64,000 bases of DNA from Phycisphaerales bacterium (GTDB lineage Bacteria > Planctomycetota > Phycisphaerae > Phycisphaerales > UBA1924), in contig JALUWX010000045.1 of NCBI GenBank assembly GCA_027019265.1, positions 6 through 64,005 of the forward strand, read 5' to 3'. How positions within the stretch are numbered: the stretch's first letter is position 1; each line of letters opens with the position of its first letter. The notes under the pieces are model-generated. The model saw only the letters and a list, made by a program, of their open reading frames with translations, was not told the DNA's origin and searched no databases. Position numbers and translations under genes: made by a program. Positions 33,289-41,078 of the stretch are shown in pieces.

Positions 33289-35337
33289 ATGTCCGCATTC
33301 CCGACATCATTTTCGCGTGCTCCGTCGAATCTGCTGACCATGCAGAATCTGCGCAACATCAACCTCACCAACGTGGCGATGGGGCGCATCAACGAGCAGC
33401 TTGCGTCCGGGCTCGACCTGCTCCGTCCCTCGGACGATCCGGTCCGGAGCGCTGCTGTATCGACGCTCGACGCGCGGATCGAAGCGACGAACCAGATCCT
33501 GAAGAACCTGAACTTCGCCGGATCGACGTCGGGGACGCTGGACCAGGCGCTCTCGGACGCGAAGTCGCTCATCGACGAAGCGATGTCGATCGCTTCGGGT
33601 CAGATCAACTCGGACCCGGAGACGCGCGAGTCCCAGGCGGTGATCATCGATTCGCTGATCGATTCGTTGTACTCGATCGTGAATCAGGATTCTCTGGTGG
33701 GTCATATTTTCGGTGGGTCCGCTCCGGGTCGTCAGCCCGTGATCTTCGATCGGGGCGCGTACCGGTTCGTGGGGGAGATCGGGTCGTTGACGGCGGCGCT
33801 CGGGAGCGCGTCGGACGTCCCCTTGACGCTCGGGGCCGGCGCGGCGTTGGGTGAGCTGTCGGAACGGATCGAGGGGGTGATGGATCTGGATCCGGATCTG
33901 ACCCCGGACACGCTGCTGAGCGATCTGAACGGCGCGACGGATTCGGGGATCGATCTGGGGACGTTGCAGTTCAGTTTCTCGGGTGGGCCGACGGGGAGCG
34001 TGGATCTGTCGGCGGCGAAGACGGTCGGGGACGTGGTGGACGCGATCAACAGCGCGATCCAGCAGTACGAGGTGGACAACTCGGTGTCCGTGCTCGGACC
34101 GGGCGCGGTGTCGATCAACGGGAGCGGGCTGAGTGTGGATGTGCCTTCGGGCGATCTCACGTTCTCCGATGTGACGGGCGCGAGTGTGGGTGAATCGCTC
34201 GGGATCGCGTTTGCGACCCCGACGGCGTTCAATGCGGGGAACACGCAGGGATCGGATCTCGATCCGAAACTGACGTGGACAACGCCGGTTTCGGCGTTCA
34301 ATGGGCTCGGGGGGACCCCGCTCGGTTCGATCGTGGTGACGAACAATGCGTCTCGACGGACGATCGATCTTTCGGGGGCGCAGACGCTCGCGGATATCCG
34401 CTCATTGATCGAATCGGGGGACTCGGGGGTCCGGGTGGTCATCGATGACTCCGGGCAGTCCATCAATGTGGTGACGGAGAGCGCGGGGACCTCGGCGCAT
34501 GCGTTGTCGATCTCCCAGGTCACGGGGGACAACACGGCGGAGCTCCTCGGGATCCGGACCTTGGCTTCGTACACCCGGGTGTCGGACTTCAATGACGGGC
34601 GCGGGGTGGATGTGGTGAGCGGGCGGACGGACCCGACGACGGGGCTCGTGGATCCGGCGCTGAACACGGATTTCGAGATCACGCTCGGGGACGGGTTTGT
34701 GATCAGCATCGACCTGAGCCCTTCGGATCTGGCGACGGTCGGGACGTTGATCACGGCGATCAACGGCCAGGCGGACGCGCAGCTGGCGGCGGCGAGTCGG
34801 CCGACCTCGGATTTCGATGCGAGTGTGAGCACGACGGACAACGGGATCGAGTTCCAGCAGAGCGCGGCACTTGCGCTCGGGGGCGGGGTGTCGGTGCGGC
34901 CTCTGAACAACTCGACGGCGGCGGAACAGCTCGGGCTGATGAACGCGAAGAACCTGAGCGGGAACGTGGGGATCCGTTCGGAGGATCGTGCGACGATTCG
35001 TGTGGACAATCTTTTCAGCCATTTGCTCGATTTGTCGGAGGCCTTGAAGGCGGATGACACGTTTGGCATCGAACTTGCGGCTGAGCGTTTGGGTCTGAGT
35101 CAGGATCGGTTGATCCAGGCGAGGTCCCGTGTCGGCGGGTACACACAGCGGCTCGACAACGAGGTGCGCCGGCAGGAGGATCGGATCGTCTTCGACGAGG
35201 CGGTGCGATCGCAGCTGAGGGACTTGGACTACGCCGCGGCGTCTACCGAGTTCGCGAGGTTGCAGCTGCAGCTCCAGGCGGGATTGTCCGTCGCGGCGCA
35301 GACGCAGCAGTTGACGTTGCTCGACTTCCTGGGCTGA
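33289..35337 (+). CDS. flgL: Flagellar hook-associated protein 3 FlgL (unusually long, 682 aa)
   Basis: Flagellin-like N-terminus (RINEQLASGLDLLRPSDDPV) and C-terminus (DLDYAAASTEFARLQLQLQAGLSVAAQTQQLTLLDFLG), directly after flgK. Confidence 0.85.
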   Translation: MSAFPTSFSRAPSNLLTMQNLRNINLTNVAMGRINEQLASGLDLLRPSDDPVRSAAVSTLDARIEATNQILKNLNFAGSTSGTLDQALSDAKSLIDEAMSIASGQINSDPETRESQAVIIDSLIDSLYSIVNQDSLVGHIFGGSAPGRQPVIFDRGAYRFVGEIGSLTAALGSASDVPLTLGAGAALGELSERIEGVMDLDPDLTPDTLLSDLNGATDSGIDLGTLQFSFSGGPTGSVDLSAAKTVGDVVDAINSAIQQYEVDNSVSVLGPGAVSINGSGLSVDVPSGDLTFSDVTGASVGESLGIAFATPTAFNAGNTQGSDLDPKLTWTTPVSAFNGLGGTPLGSIVVTNNASRRTIDLSGAQTLADIRSLIESGDSGVRVVIDDSGQSINVVTESAGTSAHALSISQVTGDNTAELLGIRTLASYTRVSDFNDGRGVDVVSGRTDPTTGLVDPALNTDFEITLGDGFVISIDLSPSDLATVGTLITAINGQADAQLAAASRPTSDFDASVSTTDNGIEFQQSAALALGGGVSVRPLNNSTAAEQLGLMNAKNLSGNVGIRSEDRATIRVDNLFSHLLDLSEALKADDTFGIELAAERLGLSQDRLIQARSRVGGYTQRLDNEVRRQEDRIVFDEAVRSQLRDLDYAAASTEFARLQLQLQAGLSVAAQTQQLTLLDFLG

Positions 35338-35503
35338 TCGGGAGTCGGAGGACAGCACGGGGCTTGAGAGGGTCCCGTGGTTGATTGGATCGAGGAGTGC
35401 GGCACGCGTCGGTCAGCGCCGTGCTCCATGACAGGATGTCGACCGGTCAGGATGCCGGCGTCGATCCGAGTTCAGTACGACCGACGAGATCGGAGCGCAC
35501 ACA

Positions 35504-35953
35504 ATGGAAGTGCGGACGACTAGATTCGGGGTGATCGATATCGCGGAGGACCGCGTGATCACCTTCAACGATGGATTGCTCGGGTTTGCGGACAGGAAGA
35601 GATACTGTCTGCTCCAGCCCGGGGATGATGCCTGCTTCTTCTGGTTGCAGTGCGTCGATGATCCGAACCTCGCGTTTGTGGTGACGGATCCTTCGTTCTT
35701 TGAGCCCGAGTATTCGGTGCCCATCCGTCCTGAGCAGATGGAGGCGCTGGAGATCAAGAAGCTCGAGGATGCGCAGGTCTTCGTGATCGTGAACAAGATC
35801 GATGATCAGCTGACGGGCAACTTCCAGGGCCCGTTGATTATCAACACGCTGGACAAGGTCGGTGAGCAGATCGTGCTCGCGGACAAGCGTTGGACGACAC
35901 GTCATCCGTTGATGCGGGTTTCGAGTTCGTCTCAGCAGACCGCGAGCGCCTGA
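35504..35953 (+). CDS. fliW: Flagellar assembly factor FliW
   Basis: TTRFGVIDIAEDRVITFNDGLLGF...FFWLQCVDDPNLAFVVTDPSFF...NFQGPLIIN is the FliW family pattern. It lies adjacent to csrA. Confidence 0.9.
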   Translation: MEVRTTRFGVIDIAEDRVITFNDGLLGFADRKRYCLLQPGDDACFFWLQCVDDPNLAFVVTDPSFFEPEYSVPIRPEQMEALEIKKLEDAQVFVIVNKIDDQLTGNFQGPLIINTLDKVGEQIVLADKRWTTRHPLMRVSSSSQQTASA

Positions 35954-36117
35954 GTGCGTTGATCGCGAGGGGTGCAGCTGTCGTGAATGTGTTTCGGTGT
36001 CGAAGACGCCGCGCGATAGGTGCGCCGCAACGGATCGGGTGAAGGAGTCGCCCGACCACCACGAGACCCCTCCCCAGGGCTCCGGCACTGGGGGGATCGT
36101 CCGCAAGGAGTTGACGC

Positions 36118-36483
36118 ATGCTTGTGCTTTCAAGGCAGCGCGACGAGACAATCATGATCGGCGACGAGATCGAGATCTCGGTCGTTGACATCAGAGGCGA
36201 CAAGGTCCGACTGGGGATCAACGCGCCGACGCGGATCGCGGTTCACCGGAAAGAGGTGTACGACGCGATCCGGAAGGAGAACACCCAGGCCGCGATGCTT
36301 GGGTCCACGGATCTCGATTCGATCGCGCAGACCATCAAACCTGGACCGGCACGGCGCACGGAGCGCACCGGGACGTCACAGACAACCGTCGCGATTCCCG
36401 CGACACGGATCAGCGCCCCGGGCGCTGGTGTGGACCAGACGCGCGATCAGGAGATCGCGTCATCGGACAAGAACACGGCTTGA
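36118..36483 (+). CDS. csrA: Carbon storage regulator CsrA with a ~60-residue C-terminal extension
   Basis: [48 protein letters not shown] is a canonical CsrA core. AAGGAG lies 8 nt upstream of the ATG. The ORF stays open to the TGA at 36481-36483. Confidence 0.9.
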   Translation: MLVLSRQRDETIMIGDEIEISVVDIRGDKVRLGINAPTRIAVHRKEVYDAIRKENTQAAMLGSTDLDSIAQTIKPGPARRTERTGTSQTTVAIPATRISAPGAGVDQTRDQEIASSDKNTA

Positions 36484-36522
36484 CCCCTGAGCCGCGCTCT
36501 TGGGCGCGGTGACCAACGCAAT

Positions 36523-36531
36523 CACGGAGGA
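36523..36531 (+). promoter_or_regulatory. Candidate CsrA-binding GGA motif overlapping the Shine-Dalgarno of flagellin gene 1
   Basis: CACGGAGGA lies 6 nt upstream of the ATG at 36537. CACGGAGG is found at the same relative place before flagellin gene 2. Confidence 0.45.
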
Positions 36532-36536
36532 TTGCC

Positions 36537-38084
36537 ATGACACGGATCAACACGAACGTCCCCAGCATGATCGCTCGTCAGCGGCTCAATCGCTCGGGGG
36601 AGGACCTGCAGCTCAGACTCGAACGATTGTCCACGGGTCTCCGGATCAACCGGGGCAAGGACGATCCGGCGGGTCTGATTATCACCGAACGGATCGACAC
36701 GGAGCTCAAGGGCATCGAGCAGGCGATCGAGAACTCGCAGCGCGCCAGTTCGGTGATCGCGACGACCGAGGGCGGGTTGTCCGAGATCAACGATCTGCTG
36801 AACTCGGTGAAGTCGCTCGTTGTCGAAGCGGCGAACTCGGGCGCGATCTCGGATGAGGAGCGGGACGCGAACCAGCTCCAGATCGACTCGGCGCTCCAGT
36901 CCATCACCCGTATTGCGAACACGCTGACCTTCGGCGGTCAGAAGCTGCTCGACGGATCGCTCGACTACATCACGTCGGGTGTCGCGCTCTCGACGATCAC
37001 GAACACCAAGATCACGGCGGCGAGCTTCGTCGATTCGAACGCGGTCAATGTGTCGGTGGATGTGCTCGCTTCGGCGCAGAAGGGTTCGCTCTACCTCTCC
37101 GGGGACAACTCGGGGACGGGAGACGGGACGATCCTTTCGACGGTCACGATCCAGATCCGTGGTGACAAGGGTGTGCGTGAGCTCGAGTTCCTCTCGGGGA
37201 CCACGCTCAGCGCCGTCCGGGACGCGGTGAACTCGCTCACGGACCTAACGGGTGTGACGGCGGACCTGATCGGCGCGGACTCGACCTCGGGTCTTGCGTT
37301 CCGTGCCGAGGAGTACGGGTCCAACTCGTTCGTTTCGGTCGAGCGCCTCGATCCGCCGGCGGACCCGACGGATGACAACTTCAACCTGTTCAAGCTCGAC
37401 TCGAACGCGGATGTCGCGGCGACGGTGGTCTGGGGCGATCCCAGTCTGGTGAGCGCGACGCGCGACGACGGACGCGATGTGACGGCGCTGATCAACGGGA
37501 TCGTCGCGAACGGCGACGGTTTGGAGGTTTCGATCGGATCCCCATCGCTCGCGATGAAGCTCAATCTCGCGGAGTCGTACGCCACCGACCCGTCGTTGGC
37601 GGTGACAACGTTCGATATCACGGGCGGTGGATCGCTGTTCCAGCTCGGGCCGACGGTTTCGTCGCTCCAGCAATCGAACATCGGCGTGCAGAGCGTGGCT
37701 TCGGAGTCGCTGGGCGGGACCCTGAATAACGGGGTGAACAACTTCCTGTCATCGCTCGCGACGGGTGAGGACAACTCGCTTGCTTCTGCGGAAGCGAACC
37801 GGGATTACACGACGTTGTCGGAGATCCTGGAGAACGCGATCGACGAAGTGTCGATCCTCCGTGGGCGTCTGGGTGCGTTCGAGCGGAACGTGCTGGACAC
37901 GAACTCCAGGTCGCTCCAGTCCGCGTTCGAGAACCTGACGTCGTCCCAGAGCACGATCCGAGACGCGGATTTCGCGCTCGAGACGTCCGAGTTGACTCGA
38001 GCCCAGATCCTCCAGAGTTCGGGGACGACGGTGCTCCAGCTGGCGAACCAGCAGTCGCAGCAGGTGCTCCAGCTGCTGGGATAA
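36537..38084 (+). CDS. Flagellin (paralog 1)
   Basis: N-terminus MTRINTNVPSMIARQRL...LSTGLRINRGKDDPAGL and C-terminus GRLGAFERNVL...IRDADFALETSELTRAQILQ. Confidence 0.93.
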   Translation: MTRINTNVPSMIARQRLNRSGEDLQLRLERLSTGLRINRGKDDPAGLIITERIDTELKGIEQAIENSQRASSVIATTEGGLSEINDLLNSVKSLVVEAANSGAISDEERDANQLQIDSALQSITRIANTLTFGGQKLLDGSLDYITSGVALSTITNTKITAASFVDSNAVNVSVDVLASAQKGSLYLSGDNSGTGDGTILSTVTIQIRGDKGVRELEFLSGTTLSAVRDAVNSLTDLTGVTADLIGADSTSGLAFRAEEYGSNSFVSVERLDPPADPTDDNFNLFKLDSNADVAATVVWGDPSLVSATRDDGRDVTALINGIVANGDGLEVSIGSPSLAMKLNLAESYATDPSLAVTTFDITGGGSLFQLGPTVSSLQQSNIGVQSVASESLGGTLNNGVNNFLSSLATGEDNSLASAEANRDYTTLSEILENAIDEVSILRGRLGAFERNVLDTNSRSLQSAFENLTSSQSTIRDADFALETSELTRAQILQSSGTTVLQLANQQSQQVLQLLG

Positions 38085-38114
38085 GGGATACGACTCTCTC
38101 ATCCTGAATACCGA

Positions 38115-38138
38115 CCCCCCCGACGATGGGGGGGTTTT
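38115..38138 (+). terminator. Intrinsic terminator after flagellin gene 1
   Basis: A 7-bp C7/G7 stem (38115-38121 paired with 38128-38134), loop GACGAT, then TTTT. Confidence 0.75.
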
Positions 38139-38374
38139 CATGCAATTGGAACGAGGGGGAACCCGATTTTTGGGACCGGATAGCGGGTTGCGACGTGTTT
38201 TGGTCCATATCTGGAGGACATCACTGAACTGACACCTCTGAGCCGCCGATCGCGGAGTTCGAAGCTCGGGCATGTGCCCGGGCACGAAGGTCAGCGTCGT
38301 GCTTTGTGAAGCACGGCACCACCGGGAAGGACGGACTGTCGACCCGGTTCGAACGCGCCCCCTTGGGGGTGATA

Positions 38375-38382
38375 CACGGAGG
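38375..38382 (+). promoter_or_regulatory. Candidate CsrA-binding GGA motif overlapping the Shine-Dalgarno of flagellin gene 2
   Basis: CACGGAGG lies 11 nt upstream of the ATG at 38394. An additional GGGAAGGACGGA sits at 38324-38335, downstream of a hairpin. Confidence 0.45.
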
Positions 38383-38393
38383 TTGTCAACACC

Positions 38394-39905
38394 ATGTCAC
38401 GCATCAACACCAACGTTTCGTCGCTCATCGCGCAGAACGTGCTCGGGCAGAACAACAAGTCGCTCGGCACTGCGCTCCAGCGCCTGTCTACCGGTCTCCG
38501 GATCAACCGGGGTAAGGACGACCCGGCCGGTCTGATCGCTTCGGAAGCGCTCCGCGCTGAGAAGTCGTCGCTCAACGCCGCGATCGGCAACGCCGAGCGT
38601 GCGGACCAGGTCGCGAACATCGCTGAGGGCGGTCTTCAGGAGGTCTCGAACCTTCTGACCGAGCTTCAGGGTCTTCTGACCTCATCGGCGAACGACGCCG
38701 GTCTTTCCGTGGCGGAGAAGGAAGCGAACCAGCTCCAGATCGACTCGATCCTTCAGACGATCGATCGTGTCTCGGGCTCGACGGAGTTCCAGGGGACCAA
38801 GCTCCTCAACGGGAACTTCGATTACCAAACCACCAGCGTGGCTTCGGGTGTGACGGACTTCGAGGTCCGTGGCGCCAAGCTGAATGGCTCGAACCTCTCG
38901 GTCGATGCGATCGTGACGGCTTCGGCTCAGCAGGCGGGTCTGCTGCTCTCGTTCGGTGGCGATCTCGATCTCACCGCAGCTTCGGACACCTTCGTGTTCG
39001 AAGTCGCCGGGACCAAGGGCTCTCGCGAGTTCCAGTTCGCTTCGGGTGCGGCGCTGTCCGACATCGCTGCGGCGGTCAACTCGTTCAAGGACGTGATCGG
39101 TGTGTCGGCGGCCGTCATCGGTTCGTCGGGCATCAAGCTCGCTTCGACCGAGTTCGGTTCCAACGAGTTCGTGTCGGTCACGGTTGTCGATGACGGCAAC
39201 ATCGCCGCCGGTTCCGGCATCCTCACATACTCGTCGATCGACTTCGACGTCGCGACCCCGGGTTCGGCGGTTGCGTTCACGGCGGCGGGTGCTGCGAACG
39301 GAATCCGCGATACCGGCCAGGACATCACGGGCACGATCAACGGTCTGACGGCCGTCGGTCAGGGCAAGCAGCTCTCCGTGAACTCCGACTTCCTCGATGT
39401 CCAGTTCACGCTGAACACGGCGACGGCTCAGGCCCTCGGTTCGGTCGCGGCGTTCGACATCACAGGCGGCGGTGCGGACTTCCAGCTCGCTTCGGAAGTG
39501 AACATCGCTGGTAAGGTCTCCCTCGGGATCAAGGACCTCTCCGCTCGGAAGCTCGGGAACTCGACCGACGGGTACCTCGACGATCTGGCTTCGGGCAAGT
39601 CGTTCAACGTTGTTGACGGCAACAACCTCGCGACGGCTCAGAAGATCGTTGATGAAGCGATCTCGCAGGTCTCGTCCGCTCGTGGTCGTCTCGGTGCGTT
39701 CCAGAAGAACGTGGTCGGTGCGACCCAGCGTTCGCTGACCACGGCGCTTGAGAACACCACGGCCGCGGAATCCGCGATCCGTGATGCGGACTTCGCCGCT
39801 GAAACGGCCGCGCTGACCCGGAACCAGGTCTTGGTCCAGGCCTCGACCAACGTTCTCGCGATCGCGAACCAGAGCCCGCAGAACGTGCTCGCCCTCCTCG
39901 GGTAA
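38394..39905 (+). CDS. Flagellin (paralog 2)
   Basis: N-terminus MSRINTNVSSLIAQNVL...LSTGLRINRGKDDPAGL and C-terminus GRLGAFQKNVV...IRDADFAAETAALTRNQVLVQ. Confidence 0.93.
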   Translation: MSRINTNVSSLIAQNVLGQNNKSLGTALQRLSTGLRINRGKDDPAGLIASEALRAEKSSLNAAIGNAERADQVANIAEGGLQEVSNLLTELQGLLTSSANDAGLSVAEKEANQLQIDSILQTIDRVSGSTEFQGTKLLNGNFDYQTTSVASGVTDFEVRGAKLNGSNLSVDAIVTASAQQAGLLLSFGGDLDLTAASDTFVFEVAGTKGSREFQFASGAALSDIAAAVNSFKDVIGVSAAVIGSSGIKLASTEFGSNEFVSVTVVDDGNIAAGSGILTYSSIDFDVATPGSAVAFTAAGAANGIRDTGQDITGTINGLTAVGQGKQLSVNSDFLDVQFTLNTATAQALGSVAAFDITGGGADFQLASEVNIAGKVSLGIKDLSARKLGNSTDGYLDDLASGKSFNVVDGNNLATAQKIVDEAISQVSSARGRLGAFQKNVVGATQRSLTTALENTTAAESAIRDADFAAETAALTRNQVLVQASTNVLAIANQSPQNVLALLG

Positions 39906-39955
39906 GAGGCCCGAGTCGGCCGAAAGGTTGACATCAACTGAGCTGACCCTCGACG

Positions 39956-39983
39956 CCCGGATCTCCCAAGATCCGGGTGTTTT
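39956..39983 (+). terminator. Intrinsic terminator after flagellin gene 2
   Basis: CCCGGATCT (39956-39964) pairs with AGATCCGGG (39969-39977). TGTTTT follows. Confidence 0.75.
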
Positions 39984-40048
39984 CATGCGCGCACGGGGAT
40001 CGGGTCGATCTGGGTTCGGTGACGAGCGCGCAAGACCAACGGGTTGAG

Positions 40049-40990
40049 ATGCTGAACGATCGGATGGCGCATGCGCGTCGCGCGTTCATCGGGTATCTGC
40101 GCGTGGAGTGCGGGTTGCTCCCGGCGACGATCCAGGCGTATTCGCGCGATCTGGAAACGCTGATGCTCGATCTTCAGGAACGCGGGATCGGGGAGCCCGG
40201 CGGGATGATCCCGGAGGCGCTGGTGGGTCATGTTCGTTCGTTGACGCGCGAGCGGGGGTACTCGGGCGCGACGGTGGCGCGTCACCTTGCGACGATCAAG
40301 GTGTTCTGTCGGTGGTGTATCGCGACGGGGCTGATGAAGGAGAACCCGGCGGACCATCTGGACCAACCGGTCAAGTGGAAGAAGGTCCCGGGGGTTTTGT
40401 CTCCGAACCAGATGCGGAAGCTGCTCGATGCGCCGCATCCGCCCAACGCGGTAAAGGAAGGCGCGGTTCCGTTGTGGATTCGTGATCGCGCGATCCTGGA
40501 GTTGATGTACGCTTCGGGTCTGCGCGCGAGCGAGGTCGGCGCGATCTCGATCAACGACGTCGTGGAGAAGATCGGGGTGGTGCGGATCCTGGGGAAGGGT
40601 GACAAGCAGCGACTGGTCCCGATGGGGGAGCCCGCACGCCGGGCGATGGATACGTATCTGAAGGAATGTCGTCCGAAACTGATCACGGCGGAGCGCGCGG
40701 CGGAACGCCGGGACAAGGGTCGGTTATTCCTGTCACGCACGGGGAGACCGATCGAGCGGGTGCGGGTGTGGCAGCTCGTGAAGCGGTACGCAAAGCTGGC
40801 CGGGCTCAACGATGTGCACCCCCACACGCTGCGCCACTCGTTCGCGACCCATCTGCTCGCTGGGGGCGCGGATCTGCGCATCGTGCAGGATCTGCTGGGG
40901 CACAGCGATATCTCGACGACCCAGATCTACACGCACGTGGATCGATCGAGACTGCGCGAGACGATCCGGACGAAGCACCCGCGCGGATGA
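40049..40990 (+). CDS. XerC/XerD-family tyrosine site-specific recombinase
   Basis: N-terminal SAM-like domain: [23 protein letters not shown]. Catalytic region: ASGLRASE...[41 protein letters not shown]. The ATG at 40049 was chosen because the longer track ORF begins inside the terminator. Confidence 0.88.
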   Translation: MLNDRMAHARRAFIGYLRVECGLLPATIQAYSRDLETLMLDLQERGIGEPGGMIPEALVGHVRSLTRERGYSGATVARHLATIKVFCRWCIATGLMKENPADHLDQPVKWKKVPGVLSPNQMRKLLDAPHPPNAVKEGAVPLWIRDRAILELMYASGLRASEVGAISINDVVEKIGVVRILGKGDKQRLVPMGEPARRAMDTYLKECRPKLITAERAAERRDKGRLFLSRTGRPIERVRVWQLVKRYAKLAGLNDVHPHTLRHSFATHLLAGGADLRIVQDLLGHSDISTTQIYTHVDRSRLRETIRTKHPRG

Positions 40991-41078
40991 TCGGGATTCT
41001 GCTGACATCCGGCTCGTGATCGTGTAGGGTGGTCGGACACACACTGCACAGGCATGGAGGTGCGCCATCGATTCGGAC

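Noticed and set aside
35359-35382. The hairpin CACGGG-GCTTGAGAGGGT-CCCGTG after flgL, as a terminator.
   Set aside because: It is a short 6-bp stem with a 12-nt loop and no T-run, which is too weak to call. fliW may be co-transcribed with flgL.
38245-38252. GCCGATCG as a sigma-28 -10 box for flagellin gene 2.
   Set aside because: There is no convincing TAAA-type -35 at the expected ~15-nt spacing, so it was not annotated as a promoter. It is mentioned only as a weak candidate in a finding.
38346-38356. GGTTCGAAC, a tRNA T-loop-like motif in the flagellin spacer.
   Set aside because: The flanking bases do not form a T-stem. No acceptor, D or anticodon arms can be built around it.
40049-40990. 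The tyrosine recombinase as a marker of an integrated mobile element.
   Set aside because: The sequence looks like housekeeping XerC/XerD. I see no flanking direct repeats, no tRNA target, no phage or transposon cargo and no compositional shift. Neighbours are flagellin and a solute symporter.
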